A stretch of DNA of 64,000 nt, from assembly GCA_965219445.1 (NCBI GenBank), contig CBDCNQ010000005.1, forward strand, positions 1,376,001 through 1,440,000, written 5' to 3'. Below are positions 27,945 to 38,047 of the stretch, in pieces. A model generated the notes under the pieces. That model was not told the DNA's origin. It searched no databases and saw nothing but the letters and a program-made list of their open reading frames with translations. This stretch comes from Longimicrobiales bacterium. GTDB taxonomy: Bacteria > Gemmatimonadota > Gemmatimonadetes > Longimicrobiales > Gaopeijiaceae. Numbering within the stretch: position 1 is the stretch's first letter; every line of letters starts with the position of its first letter. A program made the translations under genes and the position numbers.

Positions 27945-28679
27945 CTACGACAGCAGGTGCTCCGCCAAGACAAAGCCTACGCTCAGGTCGATCAGAACGT
28001 GGGCGACAATCGGCGGCCACACGCTACCGGTATGTAGGAAGACCGCACCCATTATTACGCCGACCACTCCAGTTCGCACGACTCCCAAAACACCCTGGTA
28101 CGAATGCAGAACCGCGAACGCCGCCGACGTGAGCGCAAGGGCCGCCGCAGCGGACCCGCCCGCCACCATCACCGCGGGAATGGCATACGCCCGATAGGCC
28201 AGCTCCTCCCCGAATCCGGCACAGATCGACAACCCCGCGTACAACGCCCTTTCTCGCCGAGTGACCGGCATCAGTTCGTGTACGAGATGGCTCTCGCCCC
28301 ACCCGCCCCTCTTCCGAAGCACCAGGAAGAACCAGAGCGTTCCTATGCCAAGGGCGAACGTACCTATACCCCAGGACACCGCATACGCGACCCGTCCCGA
28401 CTCGATCCGAACGCCCATCCCCCCCAGGCCCACCAGACTCGATCCAAGCGCGAGGCTCAAAACACCCAGAAAAACAATCGTCACCGCGGACGCTACGTAC
28501 GCCCGAGCCCGCTCCACAGCCAGATCACGAGCCAGATCGACCTGGAAAACAGCAAAGACTGGTAGAAGTTCAATGAGCGCCCCTAGGAACAGCGCGTCCA
28601 GCCACCGGAGCGGCGTACTCGAGAAGAGGACGTACACAACCGCCGCGTATCCGGTCAGCCCAGCGATAGCAACCTTCAC
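27945..28679 (-). CDS. CPBP-family intramembrane glutamic endopeptidase
   Basis: GEELAYR, FAVLHSYQG, AHVLID. Confidence 0.88.
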   Translation of the reverse strand: MKVAIAGLTGYAAVVYVLFSSTPLRWLDALFLGALIELLPVFAVFQVDLARDLAVERARAYVASAVTIVFLGVLSLALGSSLVGLGGMGVRIESGRVAYAVSWGIGTFALGIGTLWFFLVLRKRGGWGESHLVHELMPVTRRERALYAGLSICAGFGEELAYRAYAIPAVMVAGGSAAAALALTSAAFAVLHSYQGVLGVVRTGVVGVIMGAVFLHTGSVWPPIVAHVLIDLSVGFVLAEHLLS

Positions 28680-28810
28680 TCCACGATCTCCCGCCTCGTT
28701 TCATCAGCCATCAGCCGGGTCAAGCTTCACAACCGGCCCGGTCGTCTCTAGGATTGTTGGAAGACCCATCAGGTGTCCCGATCCGAAGACCGACACACCC
28801 GACAGTGCAT

Positions 28811-29137
28811 ATGAAATCCATTGCGAGAAACCACAAGGCGATCTTCCGCGTCCTGGACTCATTAGAGGCCCCGTACGGCGGTTGGTTTCTGAAGTTGCGC
28901 TTTGAAGCGGGGGATGCCCCTACCATCCGGGAACTAAAGCGTGCCAGCCTGAGGGTATCCTCTCCTGACGGAGCGACCTCATTCGAGGTCAAAGTGCAAG
29001 GGTTCCCGGTTTTCGGAGGACACCCCTCCGACGATCGGCTTCACCGGACCGGTCGCGTGGACATCCATGTAGCACCGCTAGACGAAAGCGGAGGCACGAT
29101 CGGTCCCAACTGGAAGGTGTCGGGGCCGGCTCGATAG
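28811..29137 (+). CDS. Hypothetical protein
   Basis: 108-aa ORF with natural composition. Confidence 0.6.
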   Translation: MKSIARNHKAIFRVLDSLEAPYGGWFLKLRFEAGDAPTIRELKRASLRVSSPDGATSFEVKVQGFPVFGGHPSDDRLHRTGRVDIHVAPLDESGGTIGPNWKVSGPAR

Positions 29138-29185
29138 CAGCCTCGCTCCCCTAACGAAACCAGAGCCGGGTACCTGTGGTACGGC

Positions 29186-29905
29186 TCAGCTACGGTCAGG
29201 GTCCCTGAGGCCGGGCGGGTCCACCTCGAAGGTCTCCAGGAACCATCGGCGATACTCCTCCACGCGCCCCGGATTCTCCTGGAGCCACGCACCGCGCTCC
29301 TCCTCGAATTCATCGGGCCGCGCGGTAAGGATAAAGGCATCCAAATACCCGTTCTCACGCGAAAACAGAAGCTCGTCGAGCGGTCCGTACGGAGGCATAT
29401 CGAACGCAGAACGCCCGTACAGCCAGGCGTCGGAGATGCGGGCAAGAATCGCCCGCTCGAGCTCGTATCCCTCCGCAGCGGCCGCCTCGGGTAGGACTTC
29501 ATCGAGTCGATCCAAGTTGTCCATCAGATGGAAGTGGCCATAGAAGGACACGATGGACCCTGACTCGGGAGCCGAACCGTATACCTGAACTACGGCGGTG
29601 TCACCACGGATAGTCAATGCTTCCCAAGGGTACATCTCCACCGCAGTCCTATCCTCGATGATCAAGAACTCGGGGTCGACGATGATGTTCTCCTGTTGCT
29701 CTCGAACCCAGATGTCGATTTCGGACAAGCGGGCCTCGTCGGCAACGAGTCGGGCGCCGGAGCGAACGACGAGCGGACGTGGTGCCGGCAGAGAATACGA
29801 AGGGGTACAGGCTCCGACAGCGAGCGCACCGGTGATAAGCACCGTTCCCGAAATCTGCAGACGGCGGCGTTTTGTGGCGCCGAACACTGATGATCCGAAG
29901 CTCAT
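29186..29905 (-). CDS. Hypothetical lipoprotein (start uncertain)
   Basis: Basic and hydrophobic N-terminus with LAVGAC lipobox-like motif. Confidence 0.7.
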   Translation of the reverse strand: MSFGSSVFGATKRRRLQISGTVLITGALAVGACTPSYSLPAPRPLVVRSGARLVADEARLSEIDIWVREQQENIIVDPEFLIIEDRTAVEMYPWEALTIRGDTAVVQVYGSAPESGSIVSFYGHFHLMDNLDRLDEVLPEAAAAEGYELERAILARISDAWLYGRSAFDMPPYGPLDELLFSRENGYLDAFILTARPDEFEEERGAWLQENPGRVEEYRRWFLETFEVDPPGLRDPDRS

Positions 29906-30017
29906 GAATGAACAACTCCTCGAGCGGTCCTCAAAAATCCTTGACACTCCAACCTCGTGGGGCGGAATTGGGAGACCGTTGCAGAATGGATGTCACGTGA
30001 GAACCGATGGTTAAGAA

Positions 30018-30569
30018 ATGACCGAGGACGAACAGGGGTTCCAAGCCCCCCAAACGATAACGCCTGAGGGCCTGGCTGACGACCTGACTGTCCTGGTTTG
30101 GGAGAGCTTCACCGACTTCATTTCGGAATGGGACGGCTCCTCCACCCTTGCAGAGGGGGGCCTTATCGACGACGAGGGGCAGCCCGACCAGAGGGCTGTG
30201 GAAGAAGCACTCATCTTCTTGATGTGGGCCCATACGCGGGGCGCCCAGCAAGCGTTCGTCGGGCGTGCACCAGCGGACCTCCTCAAGATGGCGCTCGACG
30301 GACTCCACGACGCCGTCCTCGAAGACATGGTGGATAATGGAACGCCGCGGGAGCAATTACCCTATTTCGAAAAGCGTGTTAGCACCCGCTACGCGCAGTA
30401 TCATGCGGTAGCGGCAGTGTCCGACGTCGCACTCGGGGAGGCCGTGGTCCATCATCTGACCGGATCCGCGAGTTCTCCCGAGCCGTTCACCAAGGCCGTG
30501 ACGGAACGCGCCGTGGAAGTAACGGGACCGTTAAGGGATTACCTCGAAGACGTCCAGCTCGTACCGTAG
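30018..30569 (+). CDS. Hypothetical protein
   Basis: 183-aa acidic, helical ORF. Confidence 0.7.
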   Translation: MTEDEQGFQAPQTITPEGLADDLTVLVWESFTDFISEWDGSSTLAEGGLIDDEGQPDQRAVEEALIFLMWAHTRGAQQAFVGRAPADLLKMALDGLHDAVLEDMVDNGTPREQLPYFEKRVSTRYAQYHAVAAVSDVALGEAVVHHLTGSASSPEPFTKAVTERAVEVTGPLRDYLEDVQLVP

Positions 30570-30603
30570 CGTGGCGTCAACAGCGTAATGTCAACTCTGG
30601 GGT

Positions 30604-30903
30604 CTACAACCCCAGGGATGACCGAATCAGCGGAGCAATTCTGTCGGGTGTCCACGGCGGATCGAACGTGAGGTCCACCTCGCAACTGTCCACTCCCTCG
30701 ATCTCGGATATGGCCTCGCGGGCGTCCAACACGATCTGTTCTGCGACCGGACACATCGGTGACGTCAACGACATCACTACGTGCACATCGCCTTCGTCTA
30801 TTTCGATATCGTACACCAATCCGAGCACCACGAGATCCAGGTTCAACTCTGGATCCTTCACGGTTTTCAGGGCGCTCCGAACGTCCCTCTCAGTGACAGG
30901 CAT
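30604..30903 (-). CDS. DUF59/SufT-like metal-sulfur cluster assembly factor
   Basis: VKDPELNLDLVVLGLVY...LTSPMCP...FDPPW. Confidence 0.92.
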   Translation of the reverse strand: MPVTERDVRSALKTVKDPELNLDLVVLGLVYDIEIDEGDVHVVMSLTSPMCPVAEQIVLDAREAISEIEGVDSCEVDLTFDPPWTPDRIAPLIRSSLGL

Positions 30904-30940
30904 ATCACACGATCCTGGGGTGTAAGGCACTGCATCGGCA

Positions 30941-31578
30941 CTATATTATCTTGTTAACGCCGACGCAGGAAGAGAACCGTTGGCTCATCCGAGTTCGACT
31001 CCTGGGCCCCGCCTCCCATGTACTCAAGTCGACTCCGGATGAGCCGGGGGCCTGGCCGATGCTGATGTCGAAGCCATCCACCCTGGGGGGCGTCCGCTGA
31101 ACACGGGCCGTCCGCCCTTTTTCATGAGGCGAGGTGGCGACACCGTGATCCCCACGCTCGACGTTCACGAATCGAATCCCGAGGGCCCTCAGCGCCTGCG
31201 AGAGGATTTTCAGCAGGCGAGGGGCAAGACTGTCGCCGCCCATGAGCCTCTCGAAGTCATCCCTCGACAGGGTCAGCATTCACACTCCCCAACCGCCCTC
31301 GCAGTCGCAGACCGCGGAGCATCGTTCAGGAGAGCCATCTCCCCGAACACGTCCCCGGCCCGGCGCACCGCCAATTTTTCCTCTCCACCTCCGGGAACGG
31401 CCTTCACGATTTCAACCGCTCCCTCCGTCACGAAGAAGAACTTGTCCTCCTCATCCCCTTCGTTGAACAGATGATCACCTGGACCTGCCTTAAGTCCCTT
31501 CATGACCTCCACAAGTGCGTGAAGCTCTTCGTCTGGAAGGCCCTTGAGTAGATTCACCCGGTGCAGGCTCTCGATCAC
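30941..31578 (-). pseudogene. Cyclic-nucleotide-binding protein, frameshifted and 3' truncated
   Basis: LFNEGD...FGEMALL...PRSATARA, then a frameshift near 31280 into LTLSRDDF; the tail PPRVDGFDISI resembles the start of a PP2C/SpoIIE domain. Confidence 0.75.
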
Positions 31579-31795
31579 CTCGTTTCTCCTCCATTTTCGG
31601 TGGATCCAAAGTACGCCTCGGTGGAAGTCATGGGAAAGGACGCCGGAAGTGACGGCCTCGCCCAAATGGGTGGGATGTCCATAAATTTCAGAAACGTCGC
31701 CAATCGCCAACCATGTGCCGAGGACAGCACTCGGGAGACGGGACTGCGGAGAACGCGATGAACCAGGTCTCACCAGCCATCACGATCGACACGGG

Positions 31796-32674
31796 ATGAT
31801 CGACGCCGGAGGAGAGCGCTCGGTAATCGAGGCTACCTGTTGGGGTACTCGGGGCTCCATCGCCACTCCCGGCCCACACACGGTCAGATACGGCGGAAAT
31901 ACTCCGTGCCTGGAGGTGCGGATTGGGGACGGGCGCCGCTTCGTCTTCGACGCCGGCACCGGGATCCGCCCCCTTGGCGTGAGCATGATGGGTGAGCCCG
32001 ACACTCTCGACGCTGTGGTCTTTCTCACGCATTTCCACTGGGACCACATCCAGGGGTTCCCGTTCTTTCTGCCGCTTTACGAATCGGATGCTTCGCTCCG
32101 CATCGTCGGCCCAGACCAAGCTGAGGCCGACATCGAAGAGCTTTTTGCCACACAGATGGCGTCGATCAATTTCCCGGTCCCCTACGCCGCGCTGTCGGCC
32201 AAGAAGGAGTTCTCGAGGCTCAACGGGGGAGCCTGGGAGGAGGACGGCTTCCACGTCCGTGCCATGCGCTTGAGGCATCCGTCGTTCACCGTCGGACACC
32301 GAATCGAATATGGTGACGTTTCGTTGGCGTACCTGCCGGACAACGAACTAGCCGGTCAGGGCTACGATGTGGGAGAGGGATGGCGGAGGCGCCTCGTGGA
32401 CTTCCTCGGCGACGTGGACGTGCTGATCCACGACGCCATGTACACCGAGGAGGAGTACGCGTCGAGAAAGGACTGGGGACACTCGACGTTCAGCCAGACC
32501 GTGGAGCTCGCCCACGAGGCGGGCGCGAAGAGGGTCCTGTTCTTTCACCACGACCCCTGCCGAAGTGACCAGGAGCTGTCAGAGATCGTCGACCATCATA
32601 GATCCGAGGCCGCAGCACGGGGCTACACTGTCGACATCGGAGCGGCGGCGGAGCGCGATGAGATCATCCGCTGA
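31796..32674 (+). CDS. MBL-fold metallohydrolase (RNase Z/phosphodiesterase-like)
   Basis: WGTRGSI, YGGNTPC, THFHWDHIQG, HDAMY, WGHS, FHHDP. Confidence 0.9.
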   Translation: MIDAGGERSVIEATCWGTRGSIATPGPHTVRYGGNTPCLEVRIGDGRRFVFDAGTGIRPLGVSMMGEPDTLDAVVFLTHFHWDHIQGFPFFLPLYESDASLRIVGPDQAEADIEELFATQMASINFPVPYAALSAKKEFSRLNGGAWEEDGFHVRAMRLRHPSFTVGHRIEYGDVSLAYLPDNELAGQGYDVGEGWRRRLVDFLGDVDVLIHDAMYTEEEYASRKDWGHSTFSQTVELAHEAGAKRVLFFHHDPCRSDQELSEIVDHHRSEAAARGYTVDIGAAAERDEIIR

Positions 32675-32686
32675 GAATCACGTCGA

Positions 32687-34618
32687 GTGAAACCGATCAT
32701 CGTATTCTCTCCTCCGGACCAAGTCCTGGAGGCTCTCCACACGATGGGCGACGGAGTCGACATCGTCCGAATCTCGGACCTGACCGCACTGGAAGCGAAG
32801 GATCAACCTGCAGTGCTCGTCCTCACTGCTGAGCTGGCGGAGGGCGACCTGCTCGAGTCGGTGCCGCGGCATGTGATCGTTCTGGCGAAGGGCCCCGAGG
32901 CTCGCGCCGCCGCCGATAGCATCGATCGTCTCTTCCTCGACCTCGATGACCTGAGCGGGGCCGAAGCACAACTCCGCACGATCCGCTCAGCAGCGCGCGT
33001 TTCCGCAAGCGAGCTCGCGCGATCTAACGCGGCCTCTCAGCTCGACGAACTCCGAGGAGACCTCCGGGGGCTAAACGAGATCGGCATGGCGCTCATGAGC
33101 GAGCGCGACCCGGACACCGTCCTTGAAATGATTCTCACCGAAGCGAGACGCCTCACGATCAGTGACGCCGGCAGCCTCTACCTCGTCGACGGCAAGGGGG
33201 ACGGGACTCGGACGCTGCACTTTCTGCGTGCCCAGAACCACTCACTCCCGGATCTGCCAAGGCCGAACTTGTCTTTGCCGTTCGACGACACCAGCCTGGC
33301 CGGGTACGTGGCGTTTCACGGGCGGCCCTTGGTCATCGAGGATGTCTATCATATCCCGCAGTCGGAACCGTACTCCCACAATCGCTCGTTCGACCGGGAG
33401 CAGGGATATCGAGCCCGATCCATGCTGATCGTCCCCATGAAGGATCATCTGGACACCGTGGTTGGAGTGCTGCAGCTCATCAATAAGAAGGCTGATCCGG
33501 GAGCGATGATCCGAGACGAGTCCTCTTGCCAGCAGCACGTCCTGAGTTACGAAAAGAGGGACGTGGACCTGGTGCAGTCTCTTGCGGGACAGGCGGCTGT
33601 TTCTATTGAGAACGCGCGGCTCTATGAGGACATCGAGAACCTATTCGAGGGTTTCATCAAAGCGTCAGTGATCGCGATCGACCAACGGGACCCAACGACT
33701 TCCGGTCACTCGGTGCGGGTGGCGACGCTAACGTGTGACATCGCCGAGGTCGCGGACCGGGCGAACGATGGCCCCTTCCGGGACACCAAGTTCTCCCGTG
33801 ACCAGATGAGAGAGCTGCGTTACGCGGGACTTCTTCACGACTTCGGAAAGGTCGGCGTACGAGAGGACGTGCTGGTGAAGTCCAAGAAGCTGCCCCCAGT
33901 CCTCCTGGAGCGAATCGAGGCCCGATTCGACTTGATTCGCCGAACTCTCGAGTCGGATTTCCACCAGAAGCGGGCGGAGCAGCTGCTCAAACATGGCAAA
34001 GACGACTTCGACACATTTCTACAGAGCCTCGAGGAGGAGTACGAAAGGTCCCAGAGCCAGATAGACCGCTTCCAGGAGGCCATTCGCGAGTCCAACGTGC
34101 CTAAAGTGCTGCCAGAAGCCAGCGCGGAGATCCTCGAGAAGATCGCGGCCACGACGTTCCGAAATTTCGCGGATCAGCAGGTTCCGTACGTCACGCCCGA
34201 AGAGCTCCATTTCCTCAGCATTCCCAAGGGCTCCCTGGATCCCGACGAGCGACTTCAGATCGAATCACACGTCACACACACGTACAACTTCCTCATGCAG
34301 ATCCCGTGGACTGCCAACCTGGCCCAGGTAGCCAACATCGCCCACGGACACCACGAGAAACTCGATGGCACTGGGTACCCACGTGGCATCCAGGCGAGTC
34401 AGATCGCCATCCAAACTCGTATGATGACTGTTTCGGACATTTTCGACGCGCTGACGGCCTCGGACCGCCCGTACAAGAAGGCCCTCCCGGCCCAAAGAGC
34501 CATCGAGATCTTGGACATGGAGGCCAAGGCCGGTATGCTTGATCGCTCCGTGGTGGAGCTCGTCCTCGCTTCCGACGTACACCAAAAAATCGTCGATACG
34601 GACTGGCGGGAGCTCTAA
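32687..34618 (+). CDS. GAF plus HD-GYP cyclic-dinucleotide phosphodiesterase
   Basis: GAF (GVLQLINK), GHSVRV, LLHDFGK, HHEKLDGTGYP, DIFDALTASDRPYK. Confidence 0.9.
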   Translation: MKPIIVFSPPDQVLEALHTMGDGVDIVRISDLTALEAKDQPAVLVLTAELAEGDLLESVPRHVIVLAKGPEARAAADSIDRLFLDLDDLSGAEAQLRTIRSAARVSASELARSNAASQLDELRGDLRGLNEIGMALMSERDPDTVLEMILTEARRLTISDAGSLYLVDGKGDGTRTLHFLRAQNHSLPDLPRPNLSLPFDDTSLAGYVAFHGRPLVIEDVYHIPQSEPYSHNRSFDREQGYRARSMLIVPMKDHLDTVVGVLQLINKKADPGAMIRDESSCQQHVLSYEKRDVDLVQSLAGQAAVSIENARLYEDIENLFEGFIKASVIAIDQRDPTTSGHSVRVATLTCDIAEVADRANDGPFRDTKFSRDQMRELRYAGLLHDFGKVGVREDVLVKSKKLPPVLLERIEARFDLIRRTLESDFHQKRAEQLLKHGKDDFDTFLQSLEEEYERSQSQIDRFQEAIRESNVPKVLPEASAEILEKIAATTFRNFADQQVPYVTPEELHFLSIPKGSLDPDERLQIESHVTHTYNFLMQIPWTANLAQVANIAHGHHEKLDGTGYPRGIQASQIAIQTRMMTVSDIFDALTASDRPYKKALPAQRAIEILDMEAKAGMLDRSVVELVLASDVHQKIVDTDWREL

Positions 34619-34643
34619 CGGGACCTTCGGTGGACCCACCCTT

Positions 34644-35726
34644 ATGAAGATCGCCATCAACACCGGTGGGGGAGACGCACCCGGACTCAACGCCGTGATT
34701 CGAGCGGTGGTTCTCTCGGCCACAAACCTCGGTTGGGCCGTGTGCGGAATTCGGCGAGGGTATCGAGGGCTCTTAGAGGAAGATGGAGTGATCGAGCTGA
34801 CCCCGGACTCCGTTCGGGGTATCGCCCACCTCGGGGGGTCGATCCTAGGGACGACCAGCCGCGGCAATGCACTCAGTTGGCCGGTTGAGCACGACGACGG
34901 CACGGTCGAACTCGTGGACCGGTCCGACGACGTCCTTGAAGGATTTCGGCGACGGAACCTGGATGCGCTCGTCGCCATCGGGGGCGACGGCTCCCTCAAG
35001 ATCGCCTCGGCACTGTCCGAGAGGGGTCTCCCGGTGGTCGGTGTGCCAAAGACGATCGACAATGATCTCGCGTCCACCCAGGTCACGTTCGGTTTCCACA
35101 CGGCAGTCAATACCGCGACCGACGCCATCGGACGACTCCACTCGACCGCCGAGGCCCATAGTCGGGTCATGGTTGTGGAGCTCATGGGCCGCACGGCGGG
35201 GTGGATCGCCCTGTACGCCGGAGTGGCGGCCACCGCAGACGTCATTTTGATCCCCGAAATCCCGTACGACCTGAACACACTCTGTGCGAAGATCGAGGAG
35301 CGATACGAGACGGGCCCGGGATTCGCAATCGTCGTGGCAGCCGAGGGCGCTTTCGCGGAGGGCGAATCGGCCACCTTCCAGGTGCAAGCACCGGGCGGTA
35401 CCTCGGCCCGGCTAGGCGGCATTGCGGAAAAGTTGGCTCAGCAGATCGAAGATCGCACCGGACACGAGACACGTTCGCTCGTCCTCGGTCACCTCCAGCG
35501 CGGCGGCGAGCCCATCGCCTACGATCGTCTTCTCGCGCTCCGGTTCGGATCTGCCGCCGTGGAATTGGTTAGGGACGGCTGCTTCGGCTGCATGGTGGCC
35601 CTCGATCCGCCAGAGGTTCTCGCCGTGCCCCTGAAGAAGGCCGTCGCCAAGCTCAAGCTGGTTCCGACCGACGGCGATCTGGTGAGGGCAGCGAGAAACA
35701 TGGGGGTCTCATTCGGCAACAGGTGA
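34644..35726 (+). CDS. pfkA: 6-phosphofructokinase, likely ATP-dependent
   Basis: TGGGDAPGLN, GGDGS, PKTIDND, MGR, LGHLQRGG. Confidence 0.93.
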   Translation: MKIAINTGGGDAPGLNAVIRAVVLSATNLGWAVCGIRRGYRGLLEEDGVIELTPDSVRGIAHLGGSILGTTSRGNALSWPVEHDDGTVELVDRSDDVLEGFRRRNLDALVAIGGDGSLKIASALSERGLPVVGVPKTIDNDLASTQVTFGFHTAVNTATDAIGRLHSTAEAHSRVMVVELMGRTAGWIALYAGVAATADVILIPEIPYDLNTLCAKIEERYETGPGFAIVVAAEGAFAEGESATFQVQAPGGTSARLGGIAEKLAQQIEDRTGHETRSLVLGHLQRGGEPIAYDRLLALRFGSAAVELVRDGCFGCMVALDPPEVLAVPLKKAVAKLKLVPTDGDLVRAARNMGVSFGNR

Positions 35727-35865
35727 GCCCAATTATTCCGAAGACTGCCAGTCCGTACCGTGTGGCAGCGCAAATCGTTGAAAAATCACGTTTCCGGCCG
35801 TAACGTCAAAATACGGTCTGAGTACGGTGATTCCCGCCGCCAGATCGCGCTCAGCCACTGATGAT

Positions 35866-37599
35866 ATGACGAAAAAGTCGATAGCCAATGCACGGGCCTC
35901 GCAGAGCCTGCCGCAACCCGCCCAGGCCATGCTCGACACCATGCAGCTCGGCGTGACGCAAGCCAACGCCGACGGAGAGATTCTCTACGCGAATCCGGCG
36001 GTGGGGAAAATGCATGGGTATACCGTCGACGAGTTGCTGGGCAGCAATGTGAGTCTCTTCCCGGCATCGGAGGGCGGCGAGCCGACGATCGACGGTGGGT
36101 CCGACGAGTGGACCAGCTGGGCGAGTGAGCTGGTCCACAAGCGAAAAGATGGCAGTACGCTCGCGGTGCGGGTGACGTCTGATGTGGTCAGCGGATCGGC
36201 AGGCGGGACGATCGTCACCAGCTATGTGGACATCACCGAGCGCCGACAGGAGGAAGAGGCCCTTCACGAACGGCACGAGCGGGAGTCTCTCCACGCTACA
36301 TTGCACGATCCGCTCACCGGTTTACCCAATAAACTCCTGCTACTGGACCTGGTCGAGCACGCGCTGGGCCGCAGCAAACGCCGTGACGATTACTTGTTCG
36401 CGGTGGTGGTTTTCAACCTAGATCGTTTCCACCTGGTCAACGATGGCCTCGGGCACGAGATCGGGGATCAGCTCCTGAATGCGGTGTCGGAGCGGTTAAA
36501 ACCATGTTTCCGCTCCGTCGACACGTTGGCCCGGGTGAGCGGTGACGAGTTTGGAATCTTGCTGGACGATATCAGTGACGTCAGCGACGCAATTCGGGTA
36601 GCGGACCGCATCGAGGAACAGCTCGCTTCGCCGTTTCAGTGTGGGAGCGAGGAGATTTTCACCTCAGGGCGCGTTGGTGTAGCCCTGAGCACGACCGGGT
36701 ACGAGCGAGCGGAGGATGCACTTCGCGACGCGACCCTCGCGCTTCACCGGGTGACAAGCGGCACGGCCGTCCGCCACGCAGTGTTCGACCCGGTAATGCA
36801 ACACCGTGCTCACGCCCGCCTGGAGCTGGAGACAGACCTTCGATGGGCGATGGAGCGCGAGGAATTTTGCGTCTTCTACCAACCGATCGTGTCGTTGAAG
36901 GACGGTGCGATTACTGGCGTGGAGGCACTGTTACGGTGGGAGCATCCCCGTCGCGGGTTGCTCGAACCATCCGCGTTCCTCTCGGTCGCGGAGGAAACCG
37001 GTCTGATCATCCCGCTCGGCTCATGGGTGCTCGAGCGCTCCTGCGGTCACCTGCGAGCGTGGCAGGAGCAGATCTCGCAGGGGTCACCCGTGTCCCTGAG
37101 CGTCAATCTGTCGGGGAAGCAAGTCTTGTGGCAGGACATGGCCCAGCACGTGGAGCGTGTCCTCGCGGAGACGGGTCTCGACGGGCGATTGCTGAAATTG
37201 GAGATGACTGAGACCGTGATGATGGACGACGCCGACCCGATGCTCAGCGTACTCACGGCCCTCAAGAAGTTGAACGTCGGCGTGGATATAGATGCCTTCG
37301 GAATCGGGTACTCCTCGCTACGCTACCTCCACCAGTTCCCGATCGATTCCCTCAAGATCGACCGGTCGTTCATAGAGGATCTCCACACGCGCAGCGAATC
37401 CCAAGAAATTGTGCGTACGATGCTGGCGCTCGCGAAGAACATCGGCGTGCGTGTTGTCGCCGAAGGCGTCGAAACCCCCGACGAACTGGACCTCTTGAAG
37501 CAACTGAACTGCGAGCTCGCCCAGGGGCACCTCTTTTCGAAGCCGGTCCGGCACGACGAAATTACCCCGTTGATCGGAAGCCACCATTACACGGTGTAA
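35866..37599 (+). CDS. PAS-GGDEF-EAL protein
   Basis: PAS; HDPLTGLPN, SGDEF; YQP, EALLRW, DAFGIGYSS, AEGVE. Confidence 0.92.
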   Translation: MTKKSIANARASQSLPQPAQAMLDTMQLGVTQANADGEILYANPAVGKMHGYTVDELLGSNVSLFPASEGGEPTIDGGSDEWTSWASELVHKRKDGSTLAVRVTSDVVSGSAGGTIVTSYVDITERRQEEEALHERHERESLHATLHDPLTGLPNKLLLLDLVEHALGRSKRRDDYLFAVVVFNLDRFHLVNDGLGHEIGDQLLNAVSERLKPCFRSVDTLARVSGDEFGILLDDISDVSDAIRVADRIEEQLASPFQCGSEEIFTSGRVGVALSTTGYERAEDALRDATLALHRVTSGTAVRHAVFDPVMQHRAHARLELETDLRWAMEREEFCVFYQPIVSLKDGAITGVEALLRWEHPRRGLLEPSAFLSVAEETGLIIPLGSWVLERSCGHLRAWQEQISQGSPVSLSVNLSGKQVLWQDMAQHVERVLAETGLDGRLLKLEMTETVMMDDADPMLSVLTALKKLNVGVDIDAFGIGYSSLRYLHQFPIDSLKIDRSFIEDLHTRSESQEIVRTMLALAKNIGVRVVAEGVETPDELDLLKQLNCELAQGHLFSKPVRHDEITPLIGSHHYTV

Positions 37600-37705
37600 C
37601 GGCGATCGCTTGGGCGCTGGGACGTCACACTAGGGTGGTGTCCCGGAAGTTCGGGAGCCACCGAGAGTGCCGAGGAACGCATCGGGCCGGACTCATCGTT
37701 GCTCA

Positions 37706-37884
37706 GCCATGTTCGCATCACCCACATTGCTGTTCTCTTCGGGCCAGCTGGCCGACGGTACCTGGAACCTGTTTGCCATCGACAAGCGGACCGGCGAGCG
37801 GGTCGGAGCCGTGGAGATTAAGGCGGATCCCATCGAGAGGATCAGACAGAAGCCCCGGGGGACTGGATCCTCCGGGGCTTCTGT
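37706..37884 (+). pseudogene. Remnant 3' end and terminator of a paralogous PQQ dehydrogenase gene
   Basis: [38 protein letters not shown] closely matches the 39900-40014 translation; hairpin 37846-37884 is near-identical to 40149-40185. Confidence 0.85.
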
Positions 37885-38047
37885 GTTCTTACGGACCCGG
37901 CGTTGATTGCCGCCGAGCGCTCGTACCCGTAATCTCGATGGTTGGAGCAAGGCTCTTGGCTTGTGGACACTATCAGGCTTCCTGTGGTCGAGCGTGGAAG
38001 AGATACCCCTCTTCCCACTAGGTCTTAACTCAGCAAAGGAGATAACG

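Noticed and set aside
31273..31281. TGC-TGA in the cNMP gene as selenocysteine read-through
   Set aside because: The domain continues in a different frame (LTLSRDDF), so it is a frameshift or sequencing error.
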